This document shows positions 18,540-28,615 of a stretch of 64,000 nucleotides of DNA, piece by piece. How positions within the stretch are numbered: the first letter of the stretch is position 1; each line of letters begins with the position of its first letter. This DNA is from an uncultured virus (IMG/VR IMGVR_UViG_3300028805_000095). Lineage: Duplodnaviria > Heunggongvirae > Uroviricota > Caudoviricetes. Under the pieces are notes generated by a model, which ran no database searches, was not told the origin of the DNA, and worked only from the letters and a program-made list of their open reading frames with translations. The position numbers and the translations under genes are program-made. The stretch lies in the IMG/VR virus record IMGVR_UViG_3300028805_000095; one strand, written 5' to 3'.

Positions 18540-19724
18540 ATGAACGAATCTGAAGAAAAGAAAATAATTCAACCATTTAAATTTTATCCGTCTAAAAAGA
18601 AAACAAATATAATGACTAAACATTTTCCTATAATATATAATCCGATGAATAATACATGGTTTATGGAAGGAAATAATATAAGACTTATTAATATCCCAAA
18701 CGATTTTTGGATCATTGAATATTTAGATAAATATGTATGTAGTTTTCATATGAATTGTGACTCTATCTCTGCTTCAATGTTTTTACCACAAGGTGAACGA
18801 ACCATATCAATGGCAAAAATTATGGCTATTATATATGGAAAAATAAATAATTTTGATACTAGATATAGAGTATACTTTCATAATAAACAATATATCGATA
18901 ATAATGGAATGATGATATTAGATGTTTCACCATCTAATATATGCCTTGCGTCGGATAAATATTTTATAGAAGATCAAGAATATATTTACATTCAAATTTT
19001 GCATCTAGATAATATTTTCGCTAAAATAAATAAAGAAATAAAAGATATAATTATAAATGAATATGGACAAATAAGATACAATCATAAGAAAGGTATACGG
19101 ACAAATGTAGCAGGAATACCGCGTTCAACGTGTTCTTTAAGTTTTGTTATTTATAATTTATTTAATAATAATAAAAATCCACAAGATGTTAGACAGAAAA
19201 ATAATATTATCCAATATAATTCTATTTTAAATATAAATTATTTAGATTTTACTATAGATAATATATATTGTGGCTGTGATATCAGAATAGACAATCAGTA
19301 TGCATATATTAATATACCAAAGTACAATAATATTGAGTCATTTTTTGATAAGGATATTTATTTGCTGCATAAAGAGGATTTTGATAAAATTACATGCCTT
19401 TTATCCCGAGATGGATATGTAAGGATTTCTTTTGCAAAGAGACCACAATCTGTTCCATCGGCGTTACATAGATATATATTATATTTATTAATGATAGATT
19501 ATAAAATAGATCCAAAAATACTAAAAGGAGTTGAAGTTCATCATATAAATGGAAATAAACTGGATAATAGAATAGAAAATTTATTTATATGTGGCCCTTC
19601 AATACATCAATATATTCATAGAAATATTGAGAAACTTAATAGTGATATGAAAATAAAATCAAATATTATAGAGATATTAACACTTGGATATATACCGGAA
19701 ATATATTTAAAAATATATAAATAA
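18540..19724 (+). CDS. free-standing HNH homing endonuclease
   Basis: LHRYI...EVHHINGNKLDNRIENL...HQYIH at the C-terminus; very AT-rich; upstream of gyrB. Confidence 0.75.
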   Translation: MNESEEKKIIQPFKFYPSKKKTNIMTKHFPIIYNPMNNTWFMEGNNIRLINIPNDFWIIEYLDKYVCSFHMNCDSISASMFLPQGERTISMAKIMAIIYGKINNFDTRYRVYFHNKQYIDNNGMMILDVSPSNICLASDKYFIEDQEYIYIQILHLDNIFAKINKEIKDIIINEYGQIRYNHKKGIRTNVAGIPRSTCSLSFVIYNLFNNNKNPQDVRQKNNIIQYNSILNINYLDFTIDNIYCGCDIRIDNQYAYINIPKYNNIESFFDKDIYLLHKEDFDKITCLLSRDGYVRISFAKRPQSVPSALHRYILYLLMIDYKIDPKILKGVEVHHINGNKLDNRIENLFICGPSIHQYIHRNIEKLNSDMKIKSNIIEILTLGYIPEIYLKIYK

Positions 19725-19739
19725 TTTTAGGAGGAAATT

Positions 19740-22456
19740 ATGGCTAAATTACAAACAGCTGAATTAACTCAAGAACAAATTGATGCTATTGATAAATATG
19801 GTGATAGTATCACTACAATGAAAGACTTCGTTAGCATTACTAGACGAAGGCCAGGATTTATGATAGGTGCTATAGGAAATGCCGGCTTCCTCAATATGAT
19901 GAGAGAAATATTTCAAAATTCCATAGATCAAATAACAGATAACTCTAGTCCATGTGATTGGTTTTCATTTAAATATGATATGAATACATTAGAAGTCACA
20001 GTATGGGATAATGGCAAAGGCTTTCCATTTGATGATATGGTAAGGATACTTACAAAAGAGTATACCTCTAAAAATTATGAGAAAAAACCTGGACAATATA
20101 GCACAGGTATGCACGGGTGTGGTGCAAAAATTTGCCTAGCTTTATCTGAAGTTGCCACTGTAGATTCTTATAGATACGATGGCGAAGCTAGAAGGTTAGA
20201 GTTTAAGAAAGGATATGCAACCACAAAAGATCCCAAGTCAATTCCTAATAAAGAAAAATTTCAGGGTTCAATGGTTAAATTCATACCTGATTTAGAGGTA
20301 ATGGGTGAAATAAATCTTGATTGGCATGCACCATATAAGCTCATTAAACATATTATGTCTATAACGCCCATAGGAAGTCAGATGGATTTTATTGCTATAG
20401 ATTTAGATGGAGTAGAGCACAAAGAGCATATAGTAAATAAGGATGGAATAATAACAGACCTTATTATGAAGGTGAAGAATCCTATTATTAAACCTATTAC
20501 TATGTCATTTGATGACGGTACTCATAAACTTGAAGCTGCATTTACTTACGATGGTGGTGATGATAAGAATCCACCTGATCCTGAACCTAGAATAACATCT
20601 TTTTGCAACTGTTGTCCAACCAGTAAGAATAATGGAACCCATACTGACGGCACTATTGGAGGTATAGTAAAGTGGTTTTCTGATTATATGAATAAGGTAT
20701 ATCTTATTAATCAGAAAGCTAAAGAAAAGACTGTTGTCACTGCTGGTGATGTAAGAACAGGTTTAAACTTGTTCGTTGCTGCAGCTCATCTTGAACCTAT
20801 ATTCTCTGGTCAGGCTAAGGATATGCTTACTAATAGTGATATGGTGCCCTTCTGTAAAGATGTGGTTATTAATGCTCTTAATGAGTGGAGTAAAGCAAAC
20901 CCAGGAGACTTATTGAAATTATCTAAGTACTTCAAAGATATTGCAGATATCAGAATGAAGACGGATAAAGAGAAAGTAAAGATAGTTACCAAATATCAGG
21001 AGAATAGTTTAACTGGATTACCTGCTAAATACTCTCGTCCTAAAGGAAAGTGTGAAGAGCTTATACTAGTAGAGGGTGATTCAGCTGGTGGCACAGCAAA
21101 AGTAGCTAAGGGACCTAATCAAGGTATATTCCCTTTAAAAGGTAAAGTGCCTTCAGCATTTGAAAAGAGCAAACAAGATTTCTGGAACAATGCAGAGATT
21201 CAGGGTATTGCTAGAATCATATTAGGGCATCCTTATACAGGTAAGAATTTTGATATTAATGATGTAGTATGGGATAAGATAATATTCATGGCAGATGCCG
21301 ACGTAGATCAAATTTAGTGAACGGTCTAAAAATGCTTTTCGTGTAACCACACGGGTAATAGATTAATCTATTGCTAACGGTAAGAGTTGAATAAGACTGC
21401 TGTATGAAGCCACAAGAGATATACAGCCATAGGCCATAGACGAAGCAGCTCTCTAAGAAAGCTTAAGGTCCATAGAAATATGGATAGCTAGTAATACCGT
21501 CTCATCCGTTTATAACGGGAAGGGCTAACGACTATCTCCGTGAAGGAGAGTACATCTACTATTGGTACGTAGGTGGAAAGAGCATTCTAGTTTTATAACT
21601 AGTAAAATATAGTCTGGCTTAATGGAAACATTAAGAATTAACGGGTTCGCACATCGCCTCATTATTATTGAGATATTTCATACTTTATATGCCTCAATTA
21701 ATAGAAGCAGGAAAAGTTTATAAAGCTATTCCTCCTCTCTATAGCACTACAAATAATAATAAGATTACATACTTTACAGATAGAGTAGAATTTGTAAAAT
21801 GTGTACAGAAGTCATTTATAAATCAGAATAAGATATCAGATATTAAATCTAAACAACCTTTATCTGGTAGAGATATGACATTATTCTTTATGAATAATGA
21901 AGATTATGTATATGAACTTGAGAGTTTAGCAACTACATATGCAGTTGATCCGAAGTTATTAGAGATGGCATTATATGCGCATATTCATAATAAGAAAATA
22001 TCTGATGTCGCTAAGAAACTTAAAGCTGAGTTTAGATTTATGAATGTAACCCAAGACAAGAAAGGAAACTTCTTGTTTGAAGGAACTATTAAAGAATCTA
22101 ATTTCTTATATACAGACCAGAAACTTATTAGTGACTGTGATAGTATGATTAAAATCATTAATAAGAATAGAGAGTTATATTATCTTTTAAATGGTCAGGA
22201 AGCATCTATCTATGATATTATGAAAGCATTCGAAGCATGTAAGCCTCCTAAGCTTCAAAGATATAAAGGTTTAGGTGAAATGAACGAAGATCAGTTAGCT
22301 GCATCTACATTATTGCCTGAATCAGATAGAATGCTTGTACGCTATACTTTAGATGATGTCAAGGAAGAACTTGGAATTATCAGAGAGTATGAATCTGACC
22401 GTTCTAAGTTACTCGATTTAGTTGGTACTGTAAGACGTGTAGATTTGTTAGATTAA
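19740..22456 (+). CDS. gyrB: type IIA topoisomerase subunit B, spliced (join 19740..21308,21644..22456; 793 aa)
   Basis: EIFQNSID, DNGKGFP, GMHGCG, VEGDSAGG, PLKGK, MADADVD|GSHIASLL, QRYKGLGEM. Confidence 0.9.
21309..21643 (+). mobile_element. group I intron (ORF-less, 335 nt) in gyrB
   Basis: Removal restores DADVD-GSHI; exon ends in U with P1 TAGATC/GGTCTA; P7 strands AACGACTA and ATATAGTC; ends in G. Confidence 0.88.
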
Positions 22457-22499
22457 GGGGAGTTGAAATATACTCCTCTTAATATAAGGAGTATATTTT

Positions 22500-22979
22500 A
22501 TGTATGGATTAGATTATATAGATATTATAAAACAGAGAAACAATGGCAAGATTCCAATAGATCAATTATGGAATTTGAATACTGACAGACAATTATGGTA
22601 TGATATTCCTGGATTCAATGGTTATCAAATATCTAATGCTTATCACGTTAGGTCATTTAAATATAAGAATAAATATCCTTTCGGAGTTCTTATAATGCCT
22701 GATAAGAATAATAATTTTGAATTATCTGATAATGATAATATGAGAATTAAAATATCATTACAAGAAATTATAGATAAATCTATATATAAAGGTGCCATTG
22801 AATATCCCACATATTATATCAATCAGATATCAAGAAATAAGAGACTTGGTATAAATCAAGATCCAATATTAACTGCACAGAAGAAAGGACTAGTACGTAA
22901 ATCTGTCCCTGTAAACAAACAAGAAAATACGGCTATGGCTAGATTTACTGTAACTAATAATCCTAGACCTCTGTTGTAG
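22500..22979 (+). CDS. NUMOD4-motif protein (probable endonuclease remnant)
   Basis: WYDIPGFNGYQISN...VRS; no clear HNH motif. Confidence 0.55.
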   Translation: MYGLDYIDIIKQRNNGKIPIDQLWNLNTDRQLWYDIPGFNGYQISNAYHVRSFKYKNKYPFGVLIMPDKNNNFELSDNDNMRIKISLQEIIDKSIYKGAIEYPTYYINQISRNKRLGINQDPILTAQKKGLVRKSVPVNKQENTAMARFTVTNNPRPLL

Positions 22980-23032
22980 TTTACAATATTTAATACATAG
23001 AAATAGAATAAAAATAAGTGAGGTATCTATAA

Positions 23033-25399
23033 ATGCCTGAAAAAATAATTGAAAGATCATCTAAGGATATGTATTTAGATGATATGGTCAAATATTCCAT
23101 CATTGTAAATAGACGTAGAGCTATACCTGAAATTCGTGATTCACTTAAACCTGTCCAACGGAGAGTAATATATGATATGTATGAACTAGGCGCGTCATCA
23201 TATGAGAAAAGAAAGAAATGTGGACGTATTGTTGGTGATACAATGGGCAAATATCATGTACATGGTGATAGCTCAATTTATACCTGTATGGAGCCTATGG
23301 CTAATTGGTGGAAAAGTAAGATTCCACTTATAGCGCCACATGGAAATTTTGGTAACTTATCAGGAGATTCACCTGCTGCAATGAGATATACAGAAGCTGG
23401 TTTATCCGTGTTCGGATATGAATGTCTGATAAGTGAATTAAATGAAGCTAAGTATGTAGTAGACTGGGTAGATAATTTTGATGGATCGTTTAAAGAACCT
23501 GAGTATCTTCCTGCTAAAGTACCTCTACTGCTTGTAAACGGTTCATTTGGTATTGGAGTTGGTTTAACCACTAGTATCCCTACTCATAATTTAAATGAGG
23601 TGATAGAGGCAACTCGCAAGCTTATTAAGAATCCCAATGCTGATGTAGTTCTTATACCTGATCATTGTCAGCCTCTTATAATATTTAATGCTGATTGGAA
23701 GAAGATATCCAATACAGGTTATGGCAATTATACTGTAAGAGGTATAGTAGAGAAGTTTGAAGATAAAGGATATCCAGTAATATCTGTAAAATCTCTTCCT
23801 GATGGTGTAACAACCGATTCTATAACAACTAAGTTATATAGTATGGTTGAACAGAAGCAGTTACCTATGGTGAAAGATATTATTGATTATTCTGCAAAAA
23901 CAGTTGATATTCGTATTATACTTAAAAAAGGTGGAGATGTCAACTATGTAGAAGAATTACTCTACAGTAAGACTCAAGTACAGACTAATGTATCTGTAAA
24001 CTTCGAAGTTGTAGATGGAATGAATCATTCTAGAATGTCTTATAAAGAATATCTTCAGAAGTTTATTGAGTTTAGAGCAACTACCAAGTTCAGATTATAT
24101 TGTAATAAGTATAAGACAGTATCAACTAGAATGCATAAGCTTGAGACATTTATTAAGTTTATTGAATCTGGTGAGATTGATAATATAATCGATATGGTAA
24201 AGAAACAGAAGACAACCAATGATGATGAAGTAGCTGAGTATCTTATTAAGAAACTTAATATCACAGACCTACAAGCAGGATTTATATTATCAACTAATAT
24301 CAAATATTTATCAAGAGGTCATCTTGAAAGATATAAACAAGAGTTTAAAGAATTATCTCAGGTACATGAAGTATATCGTAAGGCTATTACAGATGATGGT
24401 TCTATTATCATGAAAGAGATTGATGATGAACTTGTTTACTTTGAAAAGAAATATGGTTCTCCTAGATTATGTAAAGTAGTTGAGAAGTCTTGTGATTTAA
24501 ATATTCCTAAGGGAGTGTTTAAGATAGTTGTAACAGAGAAAAACTTTATCAGAAAGATATCCGATGTAGATAAGATAGGCGTAGTAAAAGGAGATAATCC
24601 TAAATTTATCTTGAGAGTAGATAATACTGAAAATATTCTCTTATTTGATAATAAGGGTAAAGTATTTAAACTTCCTGTACATAAGATACCTGTAACTGAT
24701 AAATCTTCTGCAGGAACAGATGTAAGATTCTTAATCAGAAATCTTACGGCAGATATAGTAGCTGTACAATATGAACCTACATTAAAGATGCTACAAGATA
24801 AGAAAGCAGATGGATACAGAAAACACTTCATTACGATTGTAACTAAAGAAAATATTATTAAGAGATTGGATATTGAAGATTTCTTAAATGTAAATGCAAG
24901 TGGTCTATTATATTCTAAGATTCGTCCTAGCGATGAAGTTGTAGATATAAGTCTAGTTCCAGATAATTTAGATATAGCGATTTATAGTGCACAGAAAGCA
25001 TTAAGATGTAAAGTATCAGAGATTCCTCTATTAAAGCGAGCATCATCTGGTGCCAAAGCAATGAATACTGATGAACCTATAGAAGGCTTATCTATAATCT
25101 ATCCTAATACAGAATATCTAGTGGTAGTAACCAGAAATGGTAAGTTTAATAAGTTTACTATAAACTGTTTAGCTGCTAAGGGTAGAGGTAAATCTGGTAA
25201 TAATGTAATCAAACTTGAAAATGGAGATTCTATATTCAAGTTATATGGTGCTTGTGATAAAGATATAATCAGAGTTACAACTGCTGATGGTATTGAAGAA
25301 GTATCTGTGGCTGAGATAAAGCCTAAATCAGGAATAGCTGCTGGTCAGAAGATGATTAAGAGTAGACAACCTGTAGTAAAGAGTGAAATAATCTATTAA
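23033..25399 (+). CDS. gyrA: type IIA topoisomerase subunit A
   Basis: RAIPEIRDSLKPVQRR, YHVHGDSS, catalytic AAMRYTE, LLVNGSFGIGVG, beta-pinwheel-like CTD. Confidence 0.9.
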   Translation: MPEKIIERSSKDMYLDDMVKYSIIVNRRRAIPEIRDSLKPVQRRVIYDMYELGASSYEKRKKCGRIVGDTMGKYHVHGDSSIYTCMEPMANWWKSKIPLIAPHGNFGNLSGDSPAAMRYTEAGLSVFGYECLISELNEAKYVVDWVDNFDGSFKEPEYLPAKVPLLLVNGSFGIGVGLTTSIPTHNLNEVIEATRKLIKNPNADVVLIPDHCQPLIIFNADWKKISNTGYGNYTVRGIVEKFEDKGYPVISVKSLPDGVTTDSITTKLYSMVEQKQLPMVKDIIDYSAKTVDIRIILKKGGDVNYVEELLYSKTQVQTNVSVNFEVVDGMNHSRMSYKEYLQKFIEFRATTKFRLYCNKYKTVSTRMHKLETFIKFIESGEIDNIIDMVKKQKTTNDDEVAEYLIKKLNITDLQAGFILSTNIKYLSRGHLERYKQEFKELSQVHEVYRKAITDDGSIIMKEIDDELVYFEKKYGSPRLCKVVEKSCDLNIPKGVFKIVVTEKNFIRKISDVDKIGVVKGDNPKFILRVDNTENILLFDNKGKVFKLPVHKIPVTDKSSAGTDVRFLIRNLTADIVAVQYEPTLKMLQDKKADGYRKHFITIVTKENIIKRLDIEDFLNVNASGLLYSKIRPSDEVVDISLVPDNLDIAIYSAQKALRCKVSEIPLLKRASSGAKAMNTDEPIEGLSIIYPNTEYLVVVTRNGKFNKFTINCLAAKGRGKSGNNVIKLENGDSIFKLYGACDKDIIRVTTADGIEEVSVAEIKPKSGIAAGQKMIKSRQPVVKSEIIY

Positions 25400-25400
25400 G

Positions 25401-25437
25401 ATATAGGGGGATATAAATTATCCCCCTATATATTTTG
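25401..25437 (+). terminator. intrinsic terminator
   Basis: ATATAGGGGGATA-TAAAT-TATCCCCCTATAT then a T-rich tract. Confidence 0.7.
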
Positions 25438-25525
25438 TCTAAAATCCGTCTCTTAAATACTTTTATAATTATATATAATATAAGTGTAGTAGAGACAATT
25501 TATATATTGGAGGTATTAAAATTAT

Positions 25526-26806
25526 ATGAGTGCTTTTCTAAAAGAATTGAATAAAGAACTGGAGAACTTGAATGAGAAGTTAAACATAACTATTCCGTTT
25601 GATGACCAATCATTCAAGTTGAGAACTCCTAGAGTAACAACTACAGATTATGAATATGATGATAAGAATAGAGTTAAGAAGTCATATTCGGATATGTATG
25701 GTTTGAATACTGTAACTGAATTTGAATATGATGATAATGGTAATCTTATCAAATATTCTACAGTAACAAACAATAATCCAAATACAGAAACAGTTACAAC
25801 TAAAGAATATGATGACCAGAATAGAATACTCAGTTCAACATCTGATAGATATATTGAGACTTATGAGTATACTGAGAATGGATTTATCCAGGTAACTAAA
25901 GATGTTGAAGAAGAGACAGAAACTACAGAAGAATTCATCTTAGAAGATGGTAATCAGACGTTACTCAGAATGGAAAGATTCTCTGTTCAGAAAGGTTATA
26001 TTGACAAGAAGATAGAATCAGAGATTGGTGATGGATGGACTAAAGTAAGCTACTATGAAGATATTAAACAGGATGGTAATCTAGTTAGAGTTCATTCTGA
26101 GAAAATCAATGATGATAATATGCCTATAGAATTCACAGATATTCAACCAGGTAACGACAATGAAATCGTAGAATTCAAGGTACAATTTACATATGCTGAG
26201 AATGGTAAAGATATTACCAATATCAAGACATATGCTAATGATGAATTGACAGAAGATAATGATACTGAGATAACTATTAATGAAGATAGCTCTAGAGAAA
26301 TATATTCTCATGGTATAAGAACTAAGAAGTATTCTAAAGATGGTTATAATATAATGGAAAATTTCTATGAAGCAGACTATTCTGGAGCAGATATTGAATA
26401 TAAAATCAATATCACATCAGAAGATAATAAGTTTACTTTAGAGAAGACTGTTATGAAGGCTAAACCTGGTATACCTTCTTCAACTGCAGTAATGGTATCA
26501 TCTACTGATTATAATATCGATTTAGTGAACTTAAAATTAATCGATATTAATATCAAGACAGATAATAAGAAGTATGAATTTGGTTCAGATTTACATGGTG
26601 GACCTTCTGCTTATGCTAGTGTGACTACATATACCGAGAATGGTGATCTTGATAATTGTTATAATGTAGAATATACTAGGACATTATTAGATGATCCATT
26701 GACTAATTATTTATCTGGCAAGGTATATCAATTCATCGAAGAGAACGAACAGTTCAAACAATTATTAGAATTAGCTGAGGTAAATTATGAAGAACTCAAA
26801 AAATAA
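25526..26806 (+). CDS. acidic YD-repeat-like protein
   Basis: Repeated YEYDDKNR / FEYDDNGN / KEYDDQNR motifs. Confidence 0.65.
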   Translation: MSAFLKELNKELENLNEKLNITIPFDDQSFKLRTPRVTTTDYEYDDKNRVKKSYSDMYGLNTVTEFEYDDNGNLIKYSTVTNNNPNTETVTTKEYDDQNRILSSTSDRYIETYEYTENGFIQVTKDVEEETETTEEFILEDGNQTLLRMERFSVQKGYIDKKIESEIGDGWTKVSYYEDIKQDGNLVRVHSEKINDDNMPIEFTDIQPGNDNEIVEFKVQFTYAENGKDITNIKTYANDELTEDNDTEITINEDSSREIYSHGIRTKKYSKDGYNIMENFYEADYSGADIEYKINITSEDNKFTLEKTVMKAKPGIPSSTAVMVSSTDYNIDLVNLKLIDINIKTDNKKYEFGSDLHGGPSAYASVTTYTENGDLDNCYNVEYTRTLLDDPLTNYLSGKVYQFIEENEQFKQLLELAEVNYEELKK

Positions 26807-27302
26807 GAAAATAGAATTCAGAAATCCAGCTTGGGTAGAATGGTCTATGACTAATCATACCGAAGACGAGATTAGGGATGCTATTTTAAACAAACCAGAA
26901 TTGGTTTGTTACACTTATCTATCAAGGTATTCACAGATGAGTGGGGAATTTATTGAGAATGAATTCATTGTTTTATCAACGGGATTATTTACTGGTCATC
27001 CTGAGTACTATAATGAGAAGAATCGAAAGTTTATTACTGAGATTCTATTTATAGAGTCTACTGCGGATAGACTAGATATTTTATTGGAGAGATGTGAAGA
27101 TGCAGATATAACTCCTGATTTTAAAGCATACTGCAAACTTTTACATAATCCAATAAGAACAAAGATAGACTGGTGGCAAATAGCTTGTTATCAAAATAAC
27201 TTAACTCCTGAATTTAGAAATAAATTTCGTAGTAAATTTAAAGAGGCTAAAGCTAGAGTAGATAGACCAGTCGAGAATATGTCTATTAATGATTCATTGT
27301 AA
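26787..27302 (+). CDS. hypothetical protein
   Basis: 171 aa, GAGGT RBS. Confidence 0.7.
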   Translation: MKNSKNKKIEFRNPAWVEWSMTNHTEDEIRDAILNKPELVCYTYLSRYSQMSGEFIENEFIVLSTGLFTGHPEYYNEKNRKFITEILFIESTADRLDILLERCEDADITPDFKAYCKLLHNPIRTKIDWWQIACYQNNLTPEFRNKFRSKFKEAKARVDRPVENMSINDSL

Positions 27303-27423
27303 TCCTCTACAATAGAATCAACTTATTAATAGAAAGCATTTACAAAATCCTTTACTAAGGTGCTTATACTTTATTTAAACTGCTGCTAACCTTTTCATAG
27401 AGTATAAGCACCGTTATGCCTAG

Positions 27424-27480
27424 CAGAATGTAGTTTAATTGGTAGAACAATTTGTATGTGTTCGAATCACATCATTCTGA
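27424..27480 (+). tRNA. tRNA-like element lacking an anticodon arm
   Basis: Acceptor CAGAATG/CATTCTG; D-arm TAGTTTAATTGGTAGAAC; T-arm ATGTG-TTCGAAT-CACAT; only about 7 nt between the D and T arms. Confidence 0.65.
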
Positions 27481-27490
27481 ATTAAACTTT

Positions 27491-27859
27491 TATATGAAAG
27501 AGTGGATTGAGATTTAGCGATCGTAATTCTAGAACAAACGATCAAGTTATCTCATGATTCATGAGGGTGCGGCGATAGAGTAGGAGGATACTGGATCAGT
27601 AGATATAAGTCACGTATGAGGCATTCGAAAGAAGGTATCCTTACAGGTGGTGACCGATAATTAACAGGATAATTAGCTCTATACCTCGGTAGGAGGCGAT
27701 GCTATAGGTGTCCGATACATAAACCGGTTTAATGTATTGGTCTGTAATGAGCTCTTTCATATAGTACTTGATAAAAGGGTCATAGCTTTTATCAGGATTC
27801 AAAACTTGATATTGAGAGAATCGTTTTATAAATAGTATATATATCAAGAGTATACTATG
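27491..27859 (+). ncRNA. large structured non-coding RNA candidate
   Basis: GC-richer intergenic segment; 13-bp closing helix 27491-27503/27751-27763; nested helices. Confidence 0.55.
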
Positions 27860-27945
27860 GAAGTTTTAGAAACTCATCTTTGGATTAGAGTACAGCTCAA
27901 TATCACATTTGCTCCTTTCTTGGAAACAATGGTTTGTTGTTTGCA

Positions 27946-28345
27946 GGTATATGTGGCCTCAAAACTACATATACCATTTGGAGATTATATTCTCCTCGAG
28001 CGATTGATTCATCTAACTTCAAAAAGTTCATTAGATGAGTCCTCTTGTAAAAATTAACAAAAACGGGTATACATAGCCTCAAAACTATGTATACCACTCG
28101 GAGTTATGTTACTCCATTGGCCCATCCGAAATTTAAAGAGAACATAGGATGGAGCCTCCTTCATATGGAAAGGTATACATAGCCTCAAAACTATGTATAC
28201 CACTCGGGATATTCTTTTAACCCTTCTTTAGGAATATTCCAAACCTTCCGTCTTGTAAATGTCGGAAAAACAATTTCAAAAGAACTTAGGTATATGTGGC
28301 CTCAAAACTACATATACCACTCGGAATGCGGTTAGACTCATTCCA
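27946..28345 (+). repeat. four copies of a structured RNA repeat (11-bp stem, CCTCAAAA loop)
   Basis: Hairpins at 27946, 28066, 28172 and 28289 with compensatory stem changes. Confidence 0.8.
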
Positions 28346-28375
28346 TCCCGAACTGGGAAATAATACCTTCAAGTA

Positions 28376-28461
28376 TCTTGTATAGTTTAGAAGGACCGGA
28401 TTAGGTTTGGTTAAAACAATCTCTATGCAGATAGACGTGGGTTCGAGACCCTCTACAAGAT
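28376..28461 (+). tRNA. tRNA-like element with an expanded D-loop and aberrant anticodon arm
   Basis: Acceptor TCTTGTA/TACAAGA; TAGTTTA...TAAAAC D-stem; GGG-TTCGAGA-CCC T-arm. Confidence 0.55.
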
Positions 28462-28506
28462 ATCATTGAGTTTCGCTAACATTTACTCAATGGATTTCCT
28501 TTCGTA

Positions 28507-28552
28507 ATAACCAGACGGATATCTACCTGTCCGTCTGGTTATATTTTTTTTT
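28507..28552 (+). terminator. intrinsic terminator ending the RNA cluster
   Basis: ATAACCAGACGGATA/TGTCCGTCTGGTTAT followed by a T run. Confidence 0.75.
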
Positions 28553-28615
28553 AATATTTTATTAATATACTGACTTATTAGTAATATAAGTTTTTATATA
28601 GAGGAGATATATTTT

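Noticed and set aside
25526..26806. RHS toxin with an immunity gene
   Set aside because: Only a few YD-like repeats, with no RHS core or DPxG cleavage motif.
27641..28097. Short ORFs 27641..27847, 27857..28057 and 27903..28097
   Set aside because: No convincing RBS, and they overlap structured-RNA elements.
27946..28324. Mini-CRISPR array with a 36-nt repeat
   Set aside because: The intervening segments are 70-84 nt and structured, and the repeats covary as stems instead of staying identical.
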